Shown here: positions 23,101 through 32,958 of the stretch, piece after piece
Layout of the letters: the number at the start of each line of letters is the position of its first letter
How positions within the stretch are numbered: the stretch's first letter is position 1
From: Diploschistes diacapsis
Taxonomy: Eukaryota
Direction: 5' to 3'
NCBI GenBank assembly: GCA_023645945.1
Contig: JALAIB010000040.1
Coordinates: 1 to 42,862 of the forward strand
Length of the DNA: 42,862 nucleotides
Program-made: the position numbers and the translations under genes
Notes under the pieces: model-generated
Database searches by the model: none
Told to the model about the DNA's origin: nothing
Seen by the model: only the letters and a program-made list of their open reading frames with translations

Positions 23101-23728
23101 CTTCCTCCACCTTCGGCTGCTCCGATTTCGCGGCGGGTGCGGCGGTCTTCTTCTTCGCTGCCTGGTTCGTCAAAGTTAGGTCACCGTGATGTATGCAGTA
23201 TGATGCTGTTGTAATACGCACCTGCTCCTTTTTGCGCTGCTTTTCCCTCTCCTTTTTTTCTTTCTCCTTCTCCTTCTTACTCTTCAGCCCCCCTCCTTCG
23301 GCTTTGTCTTCATCCTGCCCGTCCGCCGCCTCAGGGTCTTGCTTGGTTGGCTTGCCCTTGCCACCTTTACCTTTTACCGGCTCGGCGCTGAAAATGTCGT
23401 TCGCATCCGCCTCCTGTGCTGCCTTGCTCGCCGTGTCTTCTTTGACAGCATCATCTCCGTCAACGCCATTCGCAGATGGGACACTCTCTCCTTCGACAAA
23501 GTCTTCCTGGGCAATCTTGCCCTTCTTGGCTCTGCCCTTCCTGTTCCTCTGTACAGACGCCAGAAGTCCACCGCCTACGCCGTCCACCGATCCGTCTGGC
23601 TCGGCGTCCTTGACGGCCTCCTCACTGTTTGAGGCTTGAGCGGCAGCTGCTGCAGGGTCGATGGTTTCGGCGACTTCACTTTCCCAGTCGTCGTTCGCCT
23701 TCTTGTTTCCCTTCTTCTTGGGCGGCAT
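20164..23728 (-). CDS. FUN12: Eukaryotic translation initiation factor 5B (IF2-family GTPase)
   Basis: Exons 23728-23222, 23161-21645, 21469-20462 and 20407-20164. K/E-rich N-terminus, then [53 protein letters not shown] and [10 protein letters not shown]. Confidence 0.96.
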
Positions 23729-24436
23729 TTTTGATGGTGTCAGCCGTACGAGGTTATCCCCGGTCGGTGTAGTAAGTACGAAATGGCCAATAGCCAGTGC
23801 ATATAGGTTCGAAAACGAGAGAAGCACGCCAAGGTGCCAGGTGATACGTAAGCTACGGAGGTAGGGGCAAGAAAGAAAAGTGTCTTCTTAACAATATCGT
23901 GTTTTTATGATAGGGTCTGGAGAAAGTGAGGCTTGCCCGAGGTGTAGGAGTGGCGGGCCCCAGCGGGGCCATTGTTTTGCTGGGGATGAATAACCCTAAA
24001 CTCCGAAAAGGGACCGGCAAGGGTTCCAGGTACATGATATTAACTTCTATTCGGTCGCGTAAATACACGAACGTGCTTAAGCCAATATAAATCAATACAT
24101 TCACCTAACGGAGGGCACTGGTAAAACATTTTGAGTTCCAATAACGCCAGACAACCTGCTCCCCTGCTTTAAAGGCATCAAGCCTCCGCCTAACGCCTCG
24201 CTGGAAATGTCCAAAGAAATTAGTCGTCTATTCACAGTAATTTTATTGAAGCATAATGTTATACAAATTAATACAAAATAGAGATGCCTGGTTTCCGAGT
24301 CTATGTTGATAACCTCAATGATATCTCATCAAGCGCAGCGTTCAAGAATGCTAGGTCGTTACATCAGAAGGTCAGTAGAATACCAATGCATCTATTGGGT
24401 TGTCTGCGGGTGAAGGGGAATTTAACAATGAAATTT

Positions 24437-26833
24437 CTAGGTGTGGATTGGCTCGACTTTTGAGCTCGAGGATGTCCACAGTCTGGTGTTCTCCTCGGCG
24501 ACCCTAGTTCGCGGAATTTCAGGAAGAGGATTAGTCGGAGGAGGCGCCATGGGTGGACCAAGCACGTGACTTGGAGATCGGCCTATGAAACTGCGACGCT
24601 CTCGTACACTCCAATGGATAGCGAGATGAGAAGCAGGTTGAATTAGCATGGAGTCCGCTGCATCCGGCCGTAGCGTGGGACGGATTTGCATACTCGCAGG
24701 GCGACGCAAGTTTGGGGTCGTGGAACTGGTTCCTGGTTTCGCTGGTACATCTGAAGGAATTGCCGGCAGTGCGCCTGTTGGTGGTGGATGAGGAGGAGGT
24801 AGATACGACAGGCGATCTGGCGATCTTGGTAAAGCGCTGGCAGAGAATTCCACGGCAGAGAATTCCACGGCAGAGTGTCGACGAGGCGACTGGAGCTCGG
24901 GGGGCGAAAGGCTATGCTGCTTCGTTGCAGCTTCCCCCATACTTTGTGGTGGAAATAACGCATAATTGTTTCCCAAAGACGAATACCGTTTGGGAAGGGC
25001 CGGCTTGAAAACCGGCGCTGGAATAGGCTGCAGGTCGTCCACGTCATCCCACTCGCCCTCATCTTCGGCCAAGATTTTATCAACCTCGGTCGCGTCATTA
25101 TGTTGTTCCCAAGATGGGTCTGTGAGAATAGTAGGTAGGTCGCCAGCGATGGACCGAGTCGGCTTGGGTGGGGTGTCTTGAAGGCGTGAGGCTGGCGACG
25201 TAGCTCGGTATGTGGATCCAGACGAAGTAGGAGGCGTAGTGAGACTCCCAGACCTGGTACTGCGGGAAAATCTGTTACTAAATATTGGTACGCTAAAATT
25301 TGGTGCCTGGGTATCGCTCTGCTCACTCAGAGATCGATGGCTTCGGCCTTGAGATGATAGTGACGGAACGGATGACATGGATTCTCTTCGAGGATCAAAG
25401 TCATTACTAGCTGCAAAACCGCTTCCGATACCAGAGAAAGTAGGAGTGAAATTTGTGGGAAGTTCCCACTTGAGCAGAGCTCCGGAGTCTGGGTGGTCAG
25501 GTACCAAAACATTTGGTGGTACTTCTTGAGAAACATGCGACAATGCTGTCCGCGGTGTTCCAAATCGCTCGTTACTATTATGGAGGGAAGACTTGTGTCG
25601 GATGGTACACCGTGACATCTCTGATCTGGTCGTGCCAGTGTGCGAAAGGAACGGTCCATCGGTGGAAATCGTAGAGCCATTGCTTTCATCGGCCGACTCT
25701 CGTCCATCCTGAAGGTTGACTCCGCGAGAGAGCTCGACCTGGTCGGCTGACGCTTCTGGAGTCCGTTGGATGAGGAAACGACGACTTGGTTTTTGTCGAA
25801 GTTGCTGGACTACTTCGCTTGGATCCTTCCGAGCTATCTCATCAGGACGATAAGATTGGCCTCCCAAAGCCTGAATTTCTTTCCTTACCGATATCAGCCA
25901 CGAGTTCATTTCCTCGGCGCTTTCCATAACCAACAGGAAACTGTTTGCGTTCCTTTGAGTTTCGCTACGCAGTTTGGAAAACATGGATTTTGATGGTGGA
26001 ACCGAGCCGGCGCCCTCCTCCGGGAACGATGAGGTAACCTGCAGGACCCAATGTTTCCCAGGGATAGCGTCACTTGCGAATGCTGCCGAGTCGCTCGTCA
26101 GCTGCATTATATTTTCAGGAAGCCTGTCATGGTGTCCGGATCCGGCATACTGTAACAAAAACCCTGATCCTGTTAGAACGTATGTCTTGGTCGTCCAGCT
26201 GAACGTGCCCGTTCCCGGAGAACTCCTTCTCGATCTCTTGCTCTCGTCCTGTGCAGCATCGTTGAACGGAAGGGAGGCCCCTGCCGAGATGTTATCCAGT
26301 GTGGCAAAGTCCGATTTTTTCCTTGTCTGCAGTTGTTTGTCAATCTTGATGATAGCATCCGCAGATACTGTAGGAGCTGGTAGAGTGGAGCATTTGACCC
26401 CTTGAGAATAGGCCTGGAACAATGGAAGCGGATCCCATGTCATTATGGATCGGTGCGGCCTATCTTTTCTTGTCGAGACCGATTTCTTGGGCTTGCAATC
26501 CATTGCCTTTGGATCTAAAGTTTGGCTCGAGCGCCTAGGCTCCTCGGCCTCGGCGATGGCATTCGAGACTTTCTGAAACTGAAGATCTTTGACGGATCTG
26601 CTTCTACTGAAAAGACCCAAAAAGTTTCTAGAAGCACGGCGGTTTGTCGCTGGCGGTTCGCGGGAAGGCATTGGTCGTTCCGGAGACGTTTTGTAGATGA
26701 TTGTCTCCACGGGCGGTGGTCTTTGAACTGTGCGTATTGGGTCAGGAGCAAAGGTGGTCTGAATGGGCGGCAGTCGCTTCCCTCGCCGAGGCGCTCCTGG
26801 CGGGTTATCCAAAACGTTGTCGGTTTCATGCAT
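24437..26833 (-). CDS. Conserved fungal PH-domain-containing protein (798 aa) with a long S/P-rich tail
   Basis: Single long ORF. WDPLPLFQAY motif and a PH-like block WTTKTYVLTGSGFLLQYAG...AFASDAIPGKHWVLQV...FLLVMESAEEMNSWLISVRKEI. Internal 15-nt duplication (SAVEF x2) at ~24839-24875. Confidence 0.8.
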   Translation of the reverse strand: MHETDNVLDNPPGAPRRGKRLPPIQTTFAPDPIRTVQRPPPVETIIYKTSPERPMPSREPPATNRRASRNFLGLFSRSRSVKDLQFQKVSNAIAEAEEPRRSSQTLDPKAMDCKPKKSVSTRKDRPHRSIMTWDPLPLFQAYSQGVKCSTLPAPTVSADAIIKIDKQLQTRKKSDFATLDNISAGASLPFNDAAQDESKRSRRSSPGTGTFSWTTKTYVLTGSGFLLQYAGSGHHDRLPENIMQLTSDSAAFASDAIPGKHWVLQVTSSFPEEGAGSVPPSKSMFSKLRSETQRNANSFLLVMESAEEMNSWLISVRKEIQALGGQSYRPDEIARKDPSEVVQQLRQKPSRRFLIQRTPEASADQVELSRGVNLQDGRESADESNGSTISTDGPFLSHTGTTRSEMSRCTIRHKSSLHNSNERFGTPRTALSHVSQEVPPNVLVPDHPDSGALLKWELPTNFTPTFSGIGSGFAASNDFDPRRESMSSVPSLSSQGRSHRSLSEQSDTQAPNFSVPIFSNRFSRSTRSGSLTTPPTSSGSTYRATSPASRLQDTPPKPTRSIAGDLPTILTDPSWEQHNDATEVDKILAEDEGEWDDVDDLQPIPAPVFKPALPKRYSSLGNNYALFPPQSMGEAATKQHSLSPPELQSPRRHSAVEFSAVEFSASALPRSPDRLSYLPPPHPPPTGALPAIPSDVPAKPGTSSTTPNLRRPASMQIRPTLRPDAADSMLIQPASHLAIHWSVRERRSFIGRSPSHVLGPPMAPPPTNPLPEIPRTRVAEENTRLWTSSSSKVEPIHT

Positions 26834-27665
26834 GTCCGAAACTCGTAGTATATCTAGTTATATATCATATAAGACTGAGGACTGGTCATGTGCGACTGTT
26901 TAATGAGGGAGCAGGAGCTCGTTTGCTTGTTTCGACGCAAGGAATGTCAAGAAAGGCGAGAGCTTTGAAAAGTAAAGGTGAACAGAGAATGTGATAGTAA
27001 GGAGGTGAAGGTTGAGATTAGAAATTATTGCCGGACAGGCATGGTCCGGAAGCAGGTTCGCATAATGGAGTATTTGTACGATTCTGAGATAGTGTGGTTG
27101 GCCAAGGATGCTGAAACAGTTTGCTCAGAAATAGTAGGACGAAGGTGAGGCGAAGCAGCAAATATCAAGGTAGAGATGGTGCAAAGGAATGTGAGGTGAG
27201 ATAAAGACCACAAGTAAAGTAAAAGAGAGGACGGCACACACACGCGAGCGAGCATATACAGATAGGTAGGGGTAACAAACAGTAGGGGAGCAGGACGGGA
27301 GGAGGAGGTACAGTAAGACAAAGTAATAAATAATAAATTTAATTTATCTGGTTAACTCCGAGTTCTCCGAGTGGGACTTCTTTCATCTGAAGAATCAAAG
27401 ATGGTCACGTGCAAGTGCAAGTGCAAGACTACGTTACTTAAGGACGTAGCGAGAGGTCAAAGTCAGGTGACTTGTCCTCTGTATGTACGGAAATAAAAAT
27501 AAGCCCGGCAGCCTTACAAGGCTTGGGCCCCTTCCTTCTTCCATTTGTCTAACCTGATAAAATATTCGCTGTTTTGTGACGTCGCCACTCAGTCCCATAT
27601 TCATTGACATTGGCATAATCATCATCCCCAAGCTTCCTTTCCATTCGGGAATAGTTGTTCTTCTC

Positions 27666-28783
27666 ATGGCTTCAGAAACGAGTACTAGCATTCCGCACAA
27701 CGGCTTTGAAGACATCGCAACCTCGCCACGCTCTACCTCCCTGGCTGCGGCAGCTACCATCAATGCCGGCCATCAAGCTCAAGAAGGTCGTAATAGCCCG
27801 GCCGGCTCTGGCCGCAGCTCTGCATCATACGCCCTTCGACGAACCCCAACGAATGAGCGTCGTCGGAGCAACATCGCTATGAATATTAATCTGAACGACC
27901 CCGCTCTTCCTGGGCCAGGGGAGCTTCAAAGTACAGGAGATCATAGAGCTTCTTCGCAAACATTCAGAACCGCCAGTCCGCAGACCATCAGCCGCTCGCC
28001 CTCCATGGCAGACCCTCACCACCATCACCGAGCACCCAGCATCGGCGAGCTGCACCAGGAACTGGAACAGGAGCAAGAAGCTCAAGTCGTACGTGCCTAG
28101 CAAACATCATCTCTCTTTTTCATCATAACAGGTATCGTCCACTAACCCAAAATCTCCCCAGAATCGTCTCCTCCAGACCATCCGTCAACAGCAATCCCAG
28201 ATACAAGCTCTTCAAGCCCAAACTGGCACCCCGGCACTATCCGGAACTGACGCCTCTCCCACCTCGGAGCGCTCCTTCTCATTCACCTCTGCCGTAAGCA
28301 ATGCTCGTGCTCGCTCTCCAGTCCCGATATCCATTCGCTCCCGTCGCCCAAGCCAGGCCACTCCAGCCCCAGTACGCGGCTTACCCATGGGCGTCGCCCA
28401 TTCGCACAACATTCCTGCTACTGAGGAATATGCCATCCTACCCTCTGGTGCGCCACCGCCCATAGGTGCTGGAGGCAGTGGTGGCAAAGATGAGACGGCA
28501 TATTATCAAGCCGAGGCACAGAACCTGACAAGGGAGAACCAGATGCTGAAATTGAGGATTAAGGAACTTGGTCAGATGAGTCCTATAACTTAATTTCATA
28601 TGTAAGCACTGACGGCATCTAGAAAAGCAACTGGCTCATTCGAACGGATCCGGGTTGCAGTCGACCGCAAGCTCACACACAATACCACCTTCCTCTCATT
28701 CGAACCTTGCCTTGAGAGCCCTACCGGACGGCGCTACGGCTGAAGGGGCCGCAAAAGCTGCTGGGGCCATGGACACGGATTGA
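27666..28783 (+). CDS. Conserved fungal hypothetical protein with two short coiled coils
   Basis: Exons 27666-28088, 28162-28570 and 28623-28783 splice in frame. Motifs RAPSIGELHQELEQEQEAQV|NRLLQTIRQQQ and DETAYYQAEAQNLTRENQMLKLRIKELE. Confidence 0.8.
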
Positions 28784-29748
28784 AATGAAAAATACGTCCT
28801 TGGCGCACCGGGCTTTAAGAAGTACCATGAAAACGCTTAGCAGTCGTGTCAAAATCTCATGAAGATCAACAAAGGATGCCCAGGAGTAGTATACCACTGC
28901 TTCGCTTATCTCGTAAACCAACCGCAAGTGGGACCAGGCCAGCTTCTGCCTTGGGATATCAATTCACTAGCATGCATTGCTCATTGGCAGCTCACCGACT
29001 CAAGAGCTTGACACCTCGCTCACCCTGTCCAACCGTACGAACCCCGGATAAAGCAAGCTGGCATCCAGCACGCCGATGTGAAGATGCAACTGTCCAGCTA
29101 GTAGCTAGCTTCTAGCACAGAAAGCACATGCCCGCATGACTGCATGAGCCCATGCATGCATGAAATGTGTCCCAGTGCAGACACTTGATACAAGTAGCCA
29201 GATCCTTCTCCCCCCCTCTCTCTCTCAGAGAGAAAGAGAGCGAGCGAGCAGGACTATAAACAGAGATAATAGAAACACAATAGTTTTCGTGAAATCTGAT
29301 TTCCCATTCGCTCTGAGTGTGTCAGACTGCTTTGTTGAATTATATATACACTGCGATAGCTTCTTTGCGGACCTAGCCTTTTTAGATGGATATGTATACA
29401 GCGTATGTGAGTCCCAATACCCTATGTAGAGAGCTATGCGACCCCTCCCTTTTGTACGAACAAAACAACGGATTAGTGCTCTGGCGCTCTGGTTTCTGCC
29501 CAGGCCTAGTTCTATTCCCTCTAATAGATGCATCCCAAGTCCAAGCATCGCTTTTCACCCTAGTGGAGCGGAAAACGCCAATGCTCGCTGTCTGTCCTGT
29601 CAAGCTGATATCTACCTAACCCATACCCGGAAACCATCGCAAATTCTGTGCCGCAGAAACAAAGGCTTTTTCTATGTTTATTAGAATGTGGTGTGCCGAA
29701 CACGGTCAGGCTGGCACGCCTATGCTGCTAAACAGGCGCTAAATTTAA

Positions 29749-31518
29749 TTAGTTGTTCTGATCCGCGTGCCCTGTTGGTCCCTCTTCCGTATCTAACGGT
29801 AGAAAACATCAGTGGCAGAAAAATACCAAAAAGATTTTCAAGCCCATTGCGCAGGATGGAGAAGAATGACAAAATTAAAGGGCAGCGATCCAACTTACAG
29901 TCCGTGGTGACAAACGCCCTATCCACCTCCTGCAGGCCCTCGCAGCAGTACTGCAGCGTCTCCGCAACATCGTGCGCCTTGTTCAGCGGCGTCTTCTCGT
30001 CTAGCAGCAAATCAATCTCTGTCCATATCCCGTCGCCCGCATGGTACGCGTTGATGCTTTTGAAGCCGTCCACCACCGGGCTGAACCTGAAGGCCAGATA
30101 CGTGAGCTTCCGCTGGAGCTCGATGTCGACGGCCGAGCCGGAGAGTCGCGTCACGTTCTCGAAGCTGGTCCCGGCCCAGTCGCAGATGATGAAGAGGGAG
30201 AGCAGGCCGGCGCCGAGGGGGTCGAGCCACCAGATGCCAGCCTTTTGCCCAATGAAGGGGAATAAAAGGGAGAGGGTGTTGAAGATGACGTCTGTTTTGC
30301 AGTCCTGCGCTAGGGCCTGCACCTGCGTGGTTTTAATAGGGATGCATCCGAACCAGATTATGCCTTTGAGGATGATGGTGGCGAGCATGGCGCCGACGGC
30401 GATGGCGGGGAGGGAAGTCACTTCGTGGGAGCTGCTGGGGAGGAGTTTGGTGACAGATTCTTGCAGAATTTGGACGAAGGAAAGTATCATTATCTGCACG
30501 CGGTGGCTGTGAGCCGCGTATTTGAGGGAAAGATAATAGGCTGGGGGCTTACAATGGAAAACACAAGAATGCCGAGAGGCTCCAGACGGCGGCGGCCGAC
30601 CTGTTTTGTGTAAGCTAAGGAGCACTCTGTTGATCCACGGACGGGACTAACAGGGAATTTGCGCTGAAGGCTCTTCAAGCGCCATGATACAAGGCGGTTG
30701 GTCGTCCAAACTATGATGGTGCACAGTAGGTCGAGACCCGAATCGACAAGGGAGGCGATGAGCGAGAGCGAAGAAGAGTATATTGCTGCTATTGCCTTTG
30801 CAGCGAGAAGAAGAACATTGGCGATCACATTGATCTGTGATGCCATTAATCAGCTGCAACAAAAGGACTCACGGTAGGATCCTCGCACGTTTATCGCCCT
30901 CCTCGCTTTCCACTCTGCGTTCCGCCGTCGCTCAATTTCATCCTGTGGTAATAGCTTATCTATGTTCTCGCCGATCTCTTGTAAAGCGCCGCTCCTCTCT
31001 TGCTTGGTAGTCAGGCAAAGGTAGCCTCATACGATTGGATTGCCACATACCTATGACGCCATCATGATCTAACTGTTTAGTATACAACTCGTGAACACAT
31101 TCTTGATGTACCTACCGGCATCCGGGTTCATGCTATCGATAATATCGTCCGCCATGGCCATGACGAGCGCGTCAACCTCGACCCAGTCATTCAACCGCTG
31201 GTTCTGCAGCTCGTAATACTGGCGAATCTTCTTGTTCTTCATTTTCTTGATCTGCAGTATGTCAGAAATGACCCTTATTTACTAACAAGGTATTATATTA
31301 ACCTCTTCGGGGTCCTTCCTATACTCCGAACACCAGTCCCGGTCAATGCCCTCTTTTAGTTTCCTCTTGAGTTCATCCCTTCGCCTATCGCTCAGTGTAA
31401 TATGGGCTGCATCTCGAAATCTGGCGGCTGTAGGTCTCAATTTACCAGTCTCAATGTCCTCATGGGGCTGCTTGGTGTTTCCATTCGTGTTTGCTACGCG
31501 GTGCCTCTTTCCAACCAT
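29749..31518 (-). CDS. Cation diffusion facilitator (CDF) metal transporter, Mn-CDF/MTP-like
   Basis: Multi-exon, including an 18-nt microexon 31068-31051 and last exon 29792-29749 (YTEEGPTGHADQNN*). Motifs SSSLSLIASLVDSGLDLL, FPVGRRRLEPLG, ALAQDCKTDVIFN, WWLDPLGA and AHDVAETLQYCCEGLQEVDRAFV. D-x3-D sites in TM2 and TM5. Confidence 0.9.
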
Positions 31519-31770
31519 TTTTAGGGCAAATGGTGAATTGGCGGTTAGTTAGGATGGCAGAGCGTCTAGGTTTTAGTGTCTTTTCAGATCACTTAACAAG
31601 TGTAAAAGAGAAGGGACAGCTGGAATTTCACAGGTTTAGCAATCCAACATGATAGCTTGTTAGACTTGCACTGGCTAGTTTTCTGGGGAAGTCAACAAGG
31701 ATATGTTATGATTGACGTCACAACTATTTGGGGCTTGCGTCCCCGGGGATTTCTTTTTGAGATGATTGTG

Positions 31771-31780
31771 TATAATTATT
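31771..31780 (+). promoter_or_regulatory. TATA-like element upstream of the tRNA gene
   Basis: TATAATTATT ~28-37 nt upstream of the mature tRNA 5' end, the usual TFIIIB position. Confidence 0.4.
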
Positions 31781-31807
31781 ATTCGTTGGATCTAATTCAC
31801 ATACAGC

Positions 31808-31955
31808 GCATCGGTGGTCTAGTGGTCCGTATCTGTCGCCTCTTCCATAAACCTGAGTTTACTAACTTCGAATGTAGGTAGAATTGATCATTGCCAGTCC
31901 CAAAGTGGTATAACTCGAAATTGATCAGGCCCGGGTTCGATTCCCGGCCGATGCA
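31808..31955 (+). tRNA. tRNA-Gly(GCC) with two introns: a 53-nt spliceosomal-type D-loop insertion (31825-31877) and a canonical 24-nt intron at 37/38 (31897-31920)
   Basis: Exons 31808-31824, 31878-31896 and 31921-31955 give 71 nt: GCATCGGTGGTCTAGTGGTAGAATTGATCATTGCCATTGATCAGGCCCGGGTTCGATTCCCGGCCGATGCA. Acceptor GCATCGG/CCGATGC, anticodon stem GATCA/TGATC, anticodon GCC at 31893-31895, T arm CCGGG-TTCGATT-CCCGG. Confidence 0.92.
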
Positions 31956-31960
31956 TTAAC

Positions 31961-31965
31961 TTTTT
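31961..31965 (+). terminator. Pol III terminator (T5) of the tRNA-Gly gene
   Basis: TTTTT begins 5 nt after the discriminator base, with a further T-run at ~31980-31987. Confidence 0.7.
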
Positions 31966-32297
31966 ATCATTGTTTGTTATTTTTTTGCTACTTACTTACT
32001 GTATCTTCTTCCCACCGCATATCCATATATCATCATCATGCTTGTAGTTTCTTCAATTACCTAGAAAATTTCCTTAATTTCTGTCTAGACTACAATGATT
32101 ATCATAATGTACGCTGAAAGAGGTCACATCCTTTTTAGATATCGGAATCCGCGTTAGTATCAGCACGCCTTGGTGTTGGCAGGTAGACAGGCAGGTAAAC
32201 CTCGGATTTGAGAACGTCCTGATTACCAACAACACTAAAGCTAAAAAGCTTTGACGTAGCGAGCTGCGTATAACGGTGAGTACCTGGTAGAATAGAA

Positions 32298-32323
32298 ATA
32301 CATACATACATACATACATACAT
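32298..32323. repeat. (ATAC)n microsatellite
   Basis: Six perfect ATAC units. Confidence 0.9.
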
Positions 32324-32958
32324 GCCTCTCCAGGCAGCCACGAGACCAAGGCTCGATACTGTGGGCTACCGTGACTCACCAGCTTTGTTTCAGCTTTATG
32401 AGATATGATGACTCTTATACATTGGACGTCAGTTAGGCTGTTGACCGCATCAGTTTCTTGAGTTTCCATTCTGAATATATAACTCAAGACATCTTCTTCC
32501 GCTCTTCCGTTTCTTGAATCTATCCATTCTTTACTTCGTCGTAGCTTCTATAAGTGGGAGTTTGTTAGTTCTGCAGATGAAAGAAGAGCCATCCAGCCAT
32601 CCAGGCAGAGAAAGGCGTATTTCAGCTGGCGCAAAATACGACTTCGCGCTGTGGCGCCAAAAGATGTCACTCAGAATTCAGGTACGCCTGCCGCCCTTGC
32701 ACTTGTCAACTTGTCAGTGCCATGAAAGGTGCCGCATAGGTGCCTTGCCAGAAGATAGAGAGTAATTGCAAGCTACCATCACTGCTAGTTGGGCAAGTCT
32801 GCGTCCAAGCAAGACCTGTTGGCTGCCACATTGATTTGGAACACTTACCGAAGATGATGAAGCTGACTGCCGCATGCTAGACACGAGAATCCACCTTTTC
32901 CTATCTCCCGTAGGCCACTGTACATAAGCCTGTCCTACCTACCATTACGACTTCTCCA

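Noticed and set aside
22542..23639. Long + strand ORFs (22542-23189, 23193-23639; also 20861-21415)
   Set aside because: Antisense shadows of the K/E/A-rich eIF5B coding sequence; no independent motifs.
23729..23827. N-terminal extension in the ORF-track call 21641-23827, and its read-through of 23221-23162
   Set aside because: The track start is not an ATG, and MPPKKKG at 23728 is the typical eIF5B start. The 60-nt segment has GTGCGT...CAG intron signals and is simply in frame.
31825..31877. D-loop insert interpreted as a bulge-helix-bulge tRNA intron or a tRNA-derived SINE
   Set aside because: No BHB was evident by eye at the junctions, while GT/TACTAAC/TAG signals are complete. The tRNA body is undegraded and ends in a T5 terminator with no SINE tail.
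32854..32950. ATGATGA (C-box-like) followed by CTGA as a C/D snoRNA
   Set aside because: The only CTGA is 2 nt after the C box; no terminal D box or terminal stem at a plausible distance.
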